From: a virus
Virus record (IMG/VR): IMGVR_UViG_3300011115_000650
DNA length: 64,000 bases
Reading direction: 5' to 3' (one strand)
In this document: positions 55,428 to 64,000 of the stretch, piece after piece
Position numbering within the stretch: the stretch's first letter is position 1
Layout: every line of letters starts with the position of its first letter
Position numbers and translations under genes: made by a program
Notes under the pieces: generated by a model
Database searches by the model: none
Seen by the model: only the letters and a program-made list of their open reading frames with translations
What the model was told of the DNA's origin: nothing

Positions 55428-57208
55428 TATGCTTTTTTAAATACTTGGTTAAACTTAGGGTCTCTTATTGTCTTTTGATCTGCTGGATCTGCTGGATTGA
55501 AAGACTGTACATTACCTGATTTGGTGTTCTTATATAAATCTTCTTTAATCTTCTTAGCTACAGTCTCTTTGATCTTTTTTAACTGTTTAGCTTTCTTGTC
55601 TTCCATCATCTGACCTTTGATAGGGAATTCATTTGATTTACCCATACCTAAGACATTATTAACAGCGTGTTGGATCGTTTTTTCGTTATACTTCTTAGAC
55701 ATTACAGTCGTTTTAACTGATTGTCCTTCTTCTGTATCTGTATCAATCTCAGCATCCGGTATTTGCTGTTTTAGTTTAGCTAATTCACCTGCTTTAAAGT
55801 GCCCGTTAAATGTATAATCACCACCTTCGTTTAAAGATTCTTTCATCAATTCAACACCTTTAGGTAGTTTATCATTAGACTTCATAGTCTTTATTCCACC
55901 CATTGATTTCTTTGATGGCTTCATCTCTTTTACGCCCTCTGGTCCACCTTTAGCTCTCTCTTTTTTACTTTGATTAGTTTGAGTATTAGATTTAGCATCT
56001 GTAAATCCTTTGATCTTTGTTAAAGCGTCCGGACCTACTTTTAGTTCTTTTGGATGTTGAAGTAAACCTGATTTCTTTTCGAACTCAGCTGAAATCATAT
56101 TTGTATAGTATGCAGGATCTTTTTCAAGATTCTTTAATACCTTTTTGGTAGCCTTAGCAAGTGTTTCAGGATTGAATTCAGGTGTGAAGTATTTAGGAAT
56201 TGGTTTGTACTGCATTCCCATCTCTATATTAACACCTCTTTTAAATTCATAAGGATTAACTCTATCGATTTCATCGAAAACAGAATATAGATCTTTACCT
56301 GTTACGTGTTTGTAGTAGCCTTCACTCTCTTCCTTAGCTTCATTTACTCTACCTCTCTTCTTTTTACCCTCATTTAAACTCTCTTCAGCATATACATCTC
56401 CAATTTCGTCTGGGTTACTAGTATGTATGATTGTCATGCTACTACCAATACCTTCGTATTCATTTTCAAAGTATTGTCTAGCTTCAGTTTCATCTTCAGC
56501 CATTGTACTATCTACAATCTCTCCGCTATCAGATACTAGGTAGAAAGGTTTCTTACCTCCCGTCGATACTTCATCTTCATTCATTTCACTTCTCCACTGT
56601 GCTTTATCACGGTTCATTTGACCTTTAGTCTCAGCATCCATAGCATCTTCTAGTTTCTTGTCTATCATCTGTAGAGTAACAGCCTTATCAGGGTGATTTG
56701 ATGTACTAACTAGCTCTCTAGCTTTCATTAGTTTCAATTCATTACCGTCAAAATCACCGTCAAAAACGTGTTCTATCGCTGAACTAACAGTCATACTGTC
56801 CTCTTCGTTTAATTCTGTATCTTCAGACATTTCCTTGTACCACTGTGCTTTATCATAGTCTATTTGACCTTTAGTTTCGGCATCTGACCAGCCATTTTTC
56901 CACAATTCTGATCTATGACTATCAGTGAAAGGACAATCTCTTAGAGACTTACCATCTTCATTATCCCTAACACCCATTTTAAAGGGATCTATATGCCCTA
57001 ATTCGTTATAAACATCGCTTATTCTATTATTTTCTCTAATATCTGCTTCACTCAAGATTCTCTTATTCTTTAAAATGCTTACAGCATCTTGATAACTATT
57101 TACAGATGAGATCCAATCAGGAAATTGACGTCTAACGTTAGTCATAAAGTTAGCTTTCGACATCTTACCTTCGTTCAGATCACGGTATTGTTGTACTATT
57201 GATTTCAT
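55427..57208 (-). CDS. Modular internal head protein / polyprotein containing an RMF-like module
   Basis: About 10 (L/I/M/V)xE sites; G...E...KNL.KDP.YY domain; GKS...CPF...W..GW..A; internal 45-bp duplication. Confidence 0.65.
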   Translation of the reverse strand: MKSIVQQYRDLNEGKMSKANFMTNVRRQFPDWISSVNSYQDAVSILKNKRILSEADIRENNRISDVYNELGHIDPFKMGVRDNEDGKSLRDCPFTDSHRSELWKNGWSDAETKGQIDYDKAQWYKEMSEDTELNEEDSMTVSSAIEHVFDGDFDGNELKLMKARELVSTSNHPDKAVTLQMIDKKLEDAMDAETKGQMNRDKAQWRSEMNEDEVSTGGKKPFYLVSDSGEIVDSTMAEDETEARQYFENEYEGIGSSMTIIHTSNPDEIGDVYAEESLNEGKKKRGRVNEAKEESEGYYKHVTGKDLYSVFDEIDRVNPYEFKRGVNIEMGMQYKPIPKYFTPEFNPETLAKATKKVLKNLEKDPAYYTNMISAEFEKKSGLLQHPKELKVGPDALTKIKGFTDAKSNTQTNQSKKERAKGGPEGVKEMKPSKKSMGGIKTMKSNDKLPKGVELMKESLNEGGDYTFNGHFKAGELAKLKQQIPDAEIDTDTEEGQSVKTTVMSKKYNEKTIQHAVNNVLGMGKSNEFPIKGQMMEDKKAKQLKKIKETVAKKIKEDLYKNTKSGNVQSFNPADPADQKTIRDPKFNQVFKKA

Positions 57209-57224
57209 ATTAATAAATATAGGG

Positions 57225-57350
57225 TTATTTCCCTTGCCCTTTATAGGCTTTAGGTCTTGGGTTGTGTTTGTTATAAGATTTTTTAGCAGAACCTTGTTTA
57301 CGCTTACCGAAAGAAACCTTATTTGCCCCGGTTGTTGATGCTTTTGCCAT
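57225..57350 (-). CDS. Tiny basic protein (41 aa) ending YKGQGK (not in ORF track)
   Basis: MAKASTTGANKVSFGKRKQGSAKKSYNKHNPRPKAYKGQGK*. Confidence 0.7.
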   Translation of the reverse strand: MAKASTTGANKVSFGKRKQGSAKKSYNKHNPRPKAYKGQGK

Positions 57351-57357
57351 GTCTTAC

Positions 57358-57663
57358 TTAGTAATTTTGGTCGTCTAGTAATTTAATTCTCTCGATAATA
57401 TATTCGTAGATATCTTCTTCATCGAAGCCTTCTTCTTTTAGGTCACGTATAATCTTTCCTGCTGCTGCGATTAATCGTTTAACAGAATCGATCGGTGCTA
57501 ATCCATCCATTCTCTCCATAGCTTCTAAAGAAGTCTCAGTTACTTGGTTGGCGGCTGTTTCTTCATCAGATGGTGCTGGTGGTAGATCGTTACCTTCGGT
57601 TCTAATGTAAGGGCCTACTCTGTTTTCAGATATAAACTTCCTTAGGTCAAAATTGTCTGACAT
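57358..57663 (-). CDS. Putative internal head protein
   Basis: N-terminal FDLRKFISE; head module location. Confidence 0.6.
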   Translation of the reverse strand: MSDNFDLRKFISENRVGPYIRTEGNDLPPAPSDEETAANQVTETSLEAMERMDGLAPIDSVKRLIAAAGKIIRDLKEEGFDEEDIYEYIIERIKLLDDQNY

Positions 57664-57664
57664 A

Positions 57665-58207
57665 TTATTTTAGTTTTTTCGTTTTTATGTATGTGTGTTT
57701 AATCATTTCCTGGATCTGTTCTAAAGCTCTCTCGGTATGTTTCATATACTTGAAGTCTTCTGAACTCTCTGTAATCTCTGATCTCAATCTCTGAGTATAT
57801 TCTAATAATCTATCCAGTTCTACGATTTTTTGTTTGATTGTCTTGACTGCTTTATGTAACTGCTCGGGTGCATTCCTTTTAGAAGTCTCCGTTCTAAACT
57901 TACCGTAATTCTCTACTATAGGATCTTCTTCAAATAACTGCTTGTAGTCGATTGCCTTTGAAGCACGGTTAGGTTTATGAGGTACGGGAGTGAATCCAAA
58001 ATGAGAAACAGCATAATTGTCTTTGACCTTACCTGCTGCTAACTTAGGTTCTACATCCTTCTCCTCTTTCTTGGGTTTCTTAACCCTAACAGGTGTAAAG
58101 GTCTGTTCTCCAGTACCGCCTTGAGTATTAGCACCAGTCGTTACTCCTCCACCTGTTCCAGATGTTTCTTTATATAGAGTCTCTAGTATAGTATCTATCT
58201 CACTCAT
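57665..58207 (-). CDS. Putative head-assembly / internal protein
   Basis: 180 aa; LYKET, LFEE, IVEN; C-terminal coiled coil. Confidence 0.6.
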   Translation of the reverse strand: MSEIDTILETLYKETSGTGGGVTTGANTQGGTGEQTFTPVRVKKPKKEEKDVEPKLAAGKVKDNYAVSHFGFTPVPHKPNRASKAIDYKQLFEEDPIVENYGKFRTETSKRNAPEQLHKAVKTIKQKIVELDRLLEYTQRLRSEITESSEDFKYMKHTERALEQIQEMIKHTYIKTKKLK

Positions 58208-58210
58208 ATG

Positions 58211-59071
58211 TTATTTAACTGGATTTAGTTCTTTATATAATTCAAAGTATTGAAGTAATGATACTAGATGCTCATCCTTAATAGATTGACGCTCTGTAAT
58301 AGGTTTAGCTAAATTGATTACTTCTTTTAACTTGATTGTTACTACTTGATCTTTTACAGTGGGAAGTAATGCAGTTAGTTTTTGTCTAACCTCTACTATC
58401 TTCTTATTCAAATAGGTTTTTAATTGTGTAGTATCTGAGATATTAGCAATATACTCTTTTAAGATATCTTTTTGATCGTCAGATAATTCTTTGTAAGTTT
58501 CGTTATACTTCTCTACAATTAATCTGTAGGCTAATATTCTAATATCTTTATCCTCTTTTAAGAATTCTTGGACTGCTTTCTTCTCAACTTTTGCCGGTGT
58601 GCTAAACGCTTGAGAGATGTGTTCTAAGAGGGTAATTTTATTTGTGATAAGATGTTTAGTGCTTACAAGATCCTTTGATCTCCCCGCTTCAAACAACGTA
58701 TAGATAGCTGCTGAGGTCTTATAGTTGTCTATCTTAGCTTTAAAGAAATTTTCTACATCATAGTACTTTTTAATCTCTTTAATTAAGTTATATTTTTCTC
58801 TATTTAATACGTCCTTATCTAATTTCTTACTCTCTTCTAGTACAGTATTAATCAAACTCTCTGCCTTCGTTTCAGTTAGTTTTGGTGCTTTAGTTAGAGC
58901 ATTATAAAGATTGAATTCCTTCAATAGCTCAGTGTTAGTAAAGAATTTCTTTATAATCTTAACTGCTCTTGAGTCTTGATTAGACACCATATCTGCTGTT
59001 ACCTGTCTAACAAGTAGTTCAAACAGTATTCCGGTGTTCTTATATTTTGAATGTTTCTTTATATTATTCAT
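58211..59071 (-). CDS. Conserved head-module protein downstream of portal
   Basis: KHSKYKNTGILFELLVRQ; late motif at 59094. Confidence 0.7.
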   Translation of the reverse strand: MNNIKKHSKYKNTGILFELLVRQVTADMVSNQDSRAVKIIKKFFTNTELLKEFNLYNALTKAPKLTETKAESLINTVLEESKKLDKDVLNREKYNLIKEIKKYYDVENFFKAKIDNYKTSAAIYTLFEAGRSKDLVSTKHLITNKITLLEHISQAFSTPAKVEKKAVQEFLKEDKDIRILAYRLIVEKYNETYKELSDDQKDILKEYIANISDTTQLKTYLNKKIVEVRQKLTALLPTVKDQVVTIKLKEVINLAKPITERQSIKDEHLVSLLQYFELYKELNPVK

Positions 59072-59108
59072 AAAGTTTAGTATGATACTACTAATAAATA
59101 GTTAATAG

Positions 59109-61043
59109 TTATTGAATCTCCTCTATTATATTGGCTTCGTCTAAAAGAGTTGGTTCTTCGAATAAAGTAACTTTTCGGTTAAGACCTATCTGATCAAGGC
59201 TTGACTTCAAATTATTATAAACTACCCTAGTATGTATACCCTCTAATGATAGTGCTGAACCACCCTGGTATTTAACTCTCATAGCTCCATCTTCACCTCC
59301 AGCAGGTTTTGCTTTCAGATCGTATGTACCCATCCTATCTCTACCTAAAGGATCGTTAGCGGTACCAATGAATGAATTCTTTTCTTGAGGTCTTCCCGGT
59401 ACTTTTGTTGGTTCTAAAGGATTTTTTTCATTATAACCTACCGGTACATCTGCTGCTGCTGTATAATTGGCGTTACCACCGTATAAGCTAGCGATTTGGT
59501 GCGGTGTACCAAAGGCTTGACCTGATTCTAGAGGATCATTACCCTCAGCTTCAATCTGATCGTATCTAAACTTACGTTTCTTATCTTCTAATACCTGAGC
59601 TTTAACATCATCTAATTGATCATCGCTTAATTGGAAGATCTTATCATAGATCCAATCAGTTGGGAATAGGTTACTATCCATCATCTGTGTTGCTAGATCT
59701 ACTTTTTCTTTCATCAATGCAATCCTTTCTTGGTCGTAGATGATTGACGGTGTGGTTAGGTTTAATTCAAAGTTTACCATCGTCTCATCTCTATACCCTT
59801 GTGTGTATAGGTGTACTAATGCTATCTTAGTTAATTCAGATAGTACAATACGTTGGATACGTTCGATAGTTCTAGCAAAACGAATATCTTCTGCTGCTAG
59901 AGTAGCTTTGCCGGTTAGATCTTTCTCATAACCCATAAATGCTTTAGGTATTTTTAGAGCAGCAAATAACTTATCTCTTAAATACTGTACGTCTTCAATA
60001 CCGTTATACTGTAGACCGGGTACAGTCTCGATACGGGTTGCAGTATCATTACCTCTTACTGGAATAAAATAATCTTCTAGTAAGTTCTGCATGTTATACT
60101 TTAGATTATATTGACCGGTTTGTGGATCAATATACGGTATCTTCTTCATTTTAGAGATCATTCTCTGCATATAAGTCTCAACCTCATTAGGAGGTATCGC
60201 ACCTACGTTAACAAAGTAAGCTCTCTTATCCGGGGCACGTACTATACGATGTATCATCATCGCATCCTCCATTAAGACCATTTGTTTGAATATCTTTCTA
60301 CCTGGTTCTAAGTAAGATCTACCATAAGGCAGGTAATTAACGTCTCCTAGTAGTCTAAAGTGTGCCATTTCATAGTTCTCAAAGTACATTGAGTCTGTTT
60401 GACCTAGTAGGTTAGCATAAGCTCCCACATAACCACTAGCACCAGATGATACTGCGGTAGGGTCGTACTTGAATCTTACATAGGAAGGGTTTCTTAGATC
60501 TGTACCCTCTTCTCTTACTATGGTATAGGCTGAGAAAGGTATTACGTTATATACACCTACCTTCTCTGCAATCTCTAATTTTAGATAGAAATCACCAAAT
60601 TTAGTCATATTTCTTATCCACGACCATAGATTGAATTCTATGTTGAGTACATCGTAGAATAGGTTGTATAGTATCTTTTGAACGTTTTCATCTGAAGATC
60701 TAATCTGTAGGACCTCTTGGGCTTCATTCTTTAGAGTACATTCATCTGAGATGATATCTAGAGCTGATGCAATGATAGCATCTGTGTCCATAGCTTCGTA
60801 ATCGGCATAGAGCTGAATACGCATAGCTTGGTAGTTCTGTGTTGTATTTAGGTTGTAGGCGTAAGAGTTTGAAGTGGTGTATACCCTATTAAACCTATCA
60901 ATGAGTGCATTTGTCTGCAATACACCGTTGGTCTGAATACGGTCTGTATCCATTACCTTGATCTCATTACCGCCAATGTTACGAATGATTACATCAGTGG
61001 AAAAGAGTCTCTTAAGACTACTAAATAAATTGTTTTCTGCCAT
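59109..61043 (-). CDS. Portal protein (T4 gp20-like)
   Basis: YGRSYLE, LMEDAMMIHRIVRAPDKR, EDYFIPVRG, ALKIPKAF, EDIRFARTI. Confidence 0.95.
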   Translation of the reverse strand: MAENNLFSSLKRLFSTDVIIRNIGGNEIKVMDTDRIQTNGVLQTNALIDRFNRVYTTSNSYAYNLNTTQNYQAMRIQLYADYEAMDTDAIIASALDIISDECTLKNEAQEVLQIRSSDENVQKILYNLFYDVLNIEFNLWSWIRNMTKFGDFYLKLEIAEKVGVYNVIPFSAYTIVREEGTDLRNPSYVRFKYDPTAVSSGASGYVGAYANLLGQTDSMYFENYEMAHFRLLGDVNYLPYGRSYLEPGRKIFKQMVLMEDAMMIHRIVRAPDKRAYFVNVGAIPPNEVETYMQRMISKMKKIPYIDPQTGQYNLKYNMQNLLEDYFIPVRGNDTATRIETVPGLQYNGIEDVQYLRDKLFAALKIPKAFMGYEKDLTGKATLAAEDIRFARTIERIQRIVLSELTKIALVHLYTQGYRDETMVNFELNLTTPSIIYDQERIALMKEKVDLATQMMDSNLFPTDWIYDKIFQLSDDQLDDVKAQVLEDKKRKFRYDQIEAEGNDPLESGQAFGTPHQIASLYGGNANYTAAADVPVGYNEKNPLEPTKVPGRPQEKNSFIGTANDPLGRDRMGTYDLKAKPAGGEDGAMRVKYQGGSALSLEGIHTRVVYNNLKSSLDQIGLNRKVTLFEEPTLLDEANIIEEIQ

Positions 61044-61070
61044 ATGTTGTATTTATAAATATTTAAGTGT

Positions 61071-62657
61071 TTACAGGACCCATCTAATATCTTCTTGCTG
61101 GCCGTAAGGATTCGGCATCTCCCAAGGATTTTGTCCGGTTGAGGTTGTGGGTTGGTAGATTTGATACCCGTAGTTTGATTTTGACATACCTCCAAGAGTA
61201 GCTCTGGATAGGTCTTGGCCTACTTGTTGGAATCTTAATGTAGTATCTCTCAGGAATAGACCGATCGCCCATGCCATTACTAGGTCATCATTATAACCTT
61301 CCTGGGCTTGTGCTTTGCCATGCTTCCATACAAAGGTTCTTAATTCTTCTAAGAGTCTTTTAGATTGTATGGTACAAGATTTCTCTTGCATATATGATTT
61401 CATCTTAGCTATCACTAAAGGTCTTGAACGTTGCGTGGTTGAGAAGCCTGGTACCATACCATCTCCTTTATCGAATTTAGAGATATAGACTTCGATATCA
61501 GTCATAGCTGCATCAGATTTAGGAGAGTAGTATAGGTTTCTATATTCTCTATGTACTGCCGTCTGCACGACATCCCATCCAATACCTGTGTTCTCTATTA
61601 CTAGTAATGCATCATTGTATTGAGTGGCAATACCTACTAACATATTACCGAAATCTCTGGTATCTAGCTGTCCTTTATATTCTCCGACCTGCTTGGCTGA
61701 TTCAATATCCAGTATGTGAAATGATGAATAATCTCGACCATCACCTCTGGCTACGTCGGCTATTACTGCATAAGTTCTACTATAGTCTGGCATCTCCCAT
61801 AACCATATATTACTGTCTATACCCGTTCTCTGCATAGGATCCTGAGCACAAGTGGCATCATACCAATTTAGTAATTCTGGTTCTAAGACGGTAGCACCTG
61901 AGGTCATAAAGTCACAGTCGCACTCTTGGGCTGCTTCTCTAACTCCTAAGGTCTTATCCTGTTCGTTTCTCCAGGTCTGATCTCTTTCCGGGTGAACTGT
62001 CCAAGGTAAAGAAATGGGTGTAAATTTATTTTCCTTAATCTGTGCCCTTGAATAGGTTTTATGGAACCAATTCGATGTACCGTTGGGAGTTGATACTGCA
62101 AAGCATTGTCCTCCCGTGGCTAGGGTTTGTTGAGCGGCAGTAAAGATTGTATCTATGTTATCGATGAATGCAGCCTCATCTAAGATTAGTAGTGATACTG
62201 CTTCCGAACGTCCTGCATCCGGTGATGCTGCTACTGCTTTTACCTGTGAACCATTTGCTAGTCTAAGACTTAATCTATTATCTTCTACTGATTTTACTTT
62301 CAACCAGGCCGGTAATTGATCATAGGCAAACCTTATTTTAGTTACCATGTTCTTGGCTGTCTCCTGCTTGGTTGCAATAACTAGTATATTCTTATCCTTC
62401 TGGAATATCATCAACCATAATGCATATGCAGATACTAGGGTTGAGATACCTAACTGTCTTGATTTGTTGATGATGATATACTCGTCATTCTGTAATAGAT
62501 GTAGGACCTGTTCTTGGAATTGATATAAGTTAAATTGAATACGTCCACGTTGGGGGTGCTGTATCCAATAATATTTTTTCATGAAATAAACAGGATCGGT
62601 GGCACATTTAACAAATTCTTGTCTAATGATCTCTTTATAATTTACCTGTTGTGGCAT
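61071..62657 (-). CDS. Terminase large subunit (T4 gp17-like)
   Basis: KSRQLGIST, LILDEAAF, STPNG, ADVARGDGRDYS, DDLVMA. Confidence 0.95.
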   Translation of the reverse strand: MPQQVNYKEIIRQEFVKCATDPVYFMKKYYWIQHPQRGRIQFNLYQFQEQVLHLLQNDEYIIINKSRQLGISTLVSAYALWLMIFQKDKNILVIATKQETAKNMVTKIRFAYDQLPAWLKVKSVEDNRLSLRLANGSQVKAVAASPDAGRSEAVSLLILDEAAFIDNIDTIFTAAQQTLATGGQCFAVSTPNGTSNWFHKTYSRAQIKENKFTPISLPWTVHPERDQTWRNEQDKTLGVREAAQECDCDFMTSGATVLEPELLNWYDATCAQDPMQRTGIDSNIWLWEMPDYSRTYAVIADVARGDGRDYSSFHILDIESAKQVGEYKGQLDTRDFGNMLVGIATQYNDALLVIENTGIGWDVVQTAVHREYRNLYYSPKSDAAMTDIEVYISKFDKGDGMVPGFSTTQRSRPLVIAKMKSYMQEKSCTIQSKRLLEELRTFVWKHGKAQAQEGYNDDLVMAWAIGLFLRDTTLRFQQVGQDLSRATLGGMSKSNYGYQIYQPTTSTGQNPWEMPNPYGQQEDIRWVL

Positions 62658-62709
62658 TAGTCTATTTTATATAAATATATCAAAAGGACATCAAACCGTA
62701 TATTTATAT

Positions 62710-62737
62710 AAAAAAACTCAACCTTACGGGGTTGAGC
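62710..62737 (-). terminator. Intrinsic terminator
   Basis: Minus strand CTCAACC-CCGTAA-GGTTGAG followed by T-run. Confidence 0.75.
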
Positions 62738-62803
62738 TTAAAAATTGCACATTTGGTCTAGAAATGTTCAACGGTATGTTCCTAAGGTAACATCACTTAT
62801 TTT

Positions 62804-63169
62804 TTAATCTCCATGATAACCTGTTATAGAGTCACCTGGATCGGTTGGTGTGTATTTAAAGTTAGGAGATGATTGATCTATGTCTGGCATCTCTAAGTCT
62901 AAGGGTTCTCCATCAATCTCAACATTTTCCACATCTCCGATTTTAATCATTCCACCATTAGATGTCTTAAAACGACCTGCTAAAGGTACTACACTAATTA
63001 CTTCTTCACCGTTTACTTCAACTGTGCTTCCTTTAGCTAATGCTGCTTGTACTGCTTTTACTACGGTTTGGATAGCAGGACCTTCTTTTAAAGCTTGCTC
63101 TTCTTCAGCTTCTGTAATTAAACCGGCCAGGCGTCTCATTCTTATTACTTCGTTAATTTGTCTTTTCAT
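62804..63169 (-). CDS. Putative internal head (cargo) protein
   Basis: MKRQINEVIRMRRLAGLITE N-terminus; late motif at 63187. Confidence 0.6.
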   Translation of the reverse strand: MKRQINEVIRMRRLAGLITEAEEEQALKEGPAIQTVVKAVQAALAKGSTVEVNGEEVISVVPLAGRFKTSNGGMIKIGDVENVEIDGEPLDLEMPDIDQSSPNFKYTPTDPGDSITGYHGD

Positions 63170-63197
63170 TTTTAAAGTTTATATTAATAAATATATG

Positions 63198-63569
63198 TTA
63201 TTTTAATAAAGCAAAGATTGTTGTAAAGATAAAAAAACCTGCTACTACCTTTAGTTTAGTTTTACCACGTTCTAATTGAGTAACGTATTGACTCTGTAAT
63301 TCAAATTTCGTCTTCTCGTTCCTAAGGTTAGTATCGCAAACCATATACTTAGTCTGCCATTTAGCGATTAATGAATCCTTAATTACGACTTTCTTTTCGG
63401 TAGAATCTAATACTTCTTTGGTTAGTTTTAATTCTGCTTTAGCACTATCTCCGCTTATCAGATCATGAATAATTGATTTAGCTATAGGAGTAGGTATTTT
63501 AATTGTGTCTTGAGCTTGTAATATAGTTAGTGAACATAACAGCGTTAGTAATAGTAGTAATTTTTTCAT
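63198..63569 (-). CDS. Secreted coiled-coil protein with C-terminal TM (spanin-like)
   Basis: Signal peptide (LQA/QDT), coiled coil, C-terminal hydrophobic segment. Confidence 0.5.
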   Translation of the reverse strand: MKKLLLLLTLLCSLTILQAQDTIKIPTPIAKSIIHDLISGDSAKAELKLTKEVLDSTEKKVVIKDSLIAKWQTKYMVCDTNLRNEKTKFELQSQYVTQLERGKTKLKVVAGFFIFTTIFALLK

Positions 63570-63570
63570 A

Positions 63571-63918
63571 TTAATAGGTATATCTTGCTTTAAAAAATGA
63601 ATCTACTTGGGTTGGTGTGTATTTGTTAGCTGCTTGACTTATTTCGTGATAGTATTCACGAACGATTGTAATTTTTTCCTTTATATTACCTATCTTAGTA
63701 TCTAAATTCTTAACATATTCTTCATCGACATGTATGCTACTATCTAGTCTACGTTGCTGAATGATAAACTGTTTATCTAACTGAGATAATGAATCTATCT
63801 TAGCCTTTAGATCAATAGGGATATTTGATTGATTACTGGATATAATAAACCAAACAACCGCAGCTGTTAAGGCTACGGTTATTATAGTTGGTATTAGTTT
63901 TTTTAAGGTGTCTAGCAT
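63571..63918 (-). CDS. Membrane-anchored coiled-coil protein (i-spanin-like)
   Basis: N-terminal TM helix followed by coiled coil; paired with 63198 gene. Confidence 0.5.
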   Translation of the reverse strand: MLDTLKKLIPTIITVALTAAVVWFIISSNQSNIPIDLKAKIDSLSQLDKQFIIQQRRLDSSIHVDEEYVKNLDTKIGNIKEKITIVREYYHEISQAANKYTPTQVDSFFKARYTY

Positions 63919-63925
63919 TAATTTT

Positions 63926-64000
63926 TTATTTGTCTTTCAATCTCTTGAATACATTTAATAGTTTAGGATCATTAGTAATTTTATCCATTAATTTCTTTAA
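63926..64000 (-). CDS. 3' end of a gene running off the window
   Basis: ...LKKLMDKITNDPKLLNVFKRLKDK*. Confidence 0.5.
   Translation of the reverse strand, partial: LKKLMDKITNDPKLLNVFKRLKDK

Noticed and set aside
25416-61272. Nested minus-strand ORFs 25416..25607, 27557..27778, 52797..52997, 60989..61195, 61084..61272
   Set aside because: Out-of-frame within conserved genes with no independent support.
20-63206. All plus-strand ORFs in the track (e.g. 8519..9040, 19907..20290, 32539..32910)
   Set aside because: They are antisense shadows of well-supported minus-strand genes, with no motifs or promoters.
1-64000. tRNA genes, group I introns, inteins, alternative genetic code
   Set aside because: No cloverleaf or T-loop signature seen in the short intergenic gaps; polA, nrdJ, helicase and terminase are uninterrupted and of normal length; genes translate fully with the standard code, ending in TAA or TAG.

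Overview
The window is a 64-kb segment of a large contractile-tailed (T4-like, myovirus-type) dsDNA phage. Essentially all real genes lie on the minus strand. The host is most likely a Bacteroidota, from eight copies of a TTG-N20-TAnnTT(T/A/C) promoter and near-absence of Shine-Dalgarno sites. In transcription order (right to left) it carries: terminase, portal, head cargo proteins, prohead protease, scaffold, major capsid, PhoH, neck, tail fibre, sheath, tube, tail chaperone pair, tape measure and baseplate. Next come a replication block (thumbless PolA-like protein, gp32-like SSB, RecA/UvsX, 5'-3' exonuclease, DnaB/gp41 helicase, class II RNR) and an LRR-X-LRR operon. These are followed by a 7-deazaguanine DNA-modification pathway (queC, dpdA-like, queF, PurN-like formyltransferase, kinase, queD, dead queD paralog, queE, folE), dCTP deaminase/dUTPase, PolA, a holin candidate, GroES/GroEL and three free-standing homing endonucleases. 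The most notable unexplained structures are: (1) an array of small single-gene cassettes behind queE, each bounded by a ~24-bp copy of the queE stop/restart junction; (2) a predicted capsid-cargo system with portable tags and LxE prohead-protease sites, whose candidate cargo includes two face-variable LRR proteins and a polyprotein with an RMF-like module; (3) recoded gene-end duplications left by mobile endonucleases; (4) structured leaders at queC and the scaffold gene. All family assignments come from motif recognition by eye; no database searches were run.
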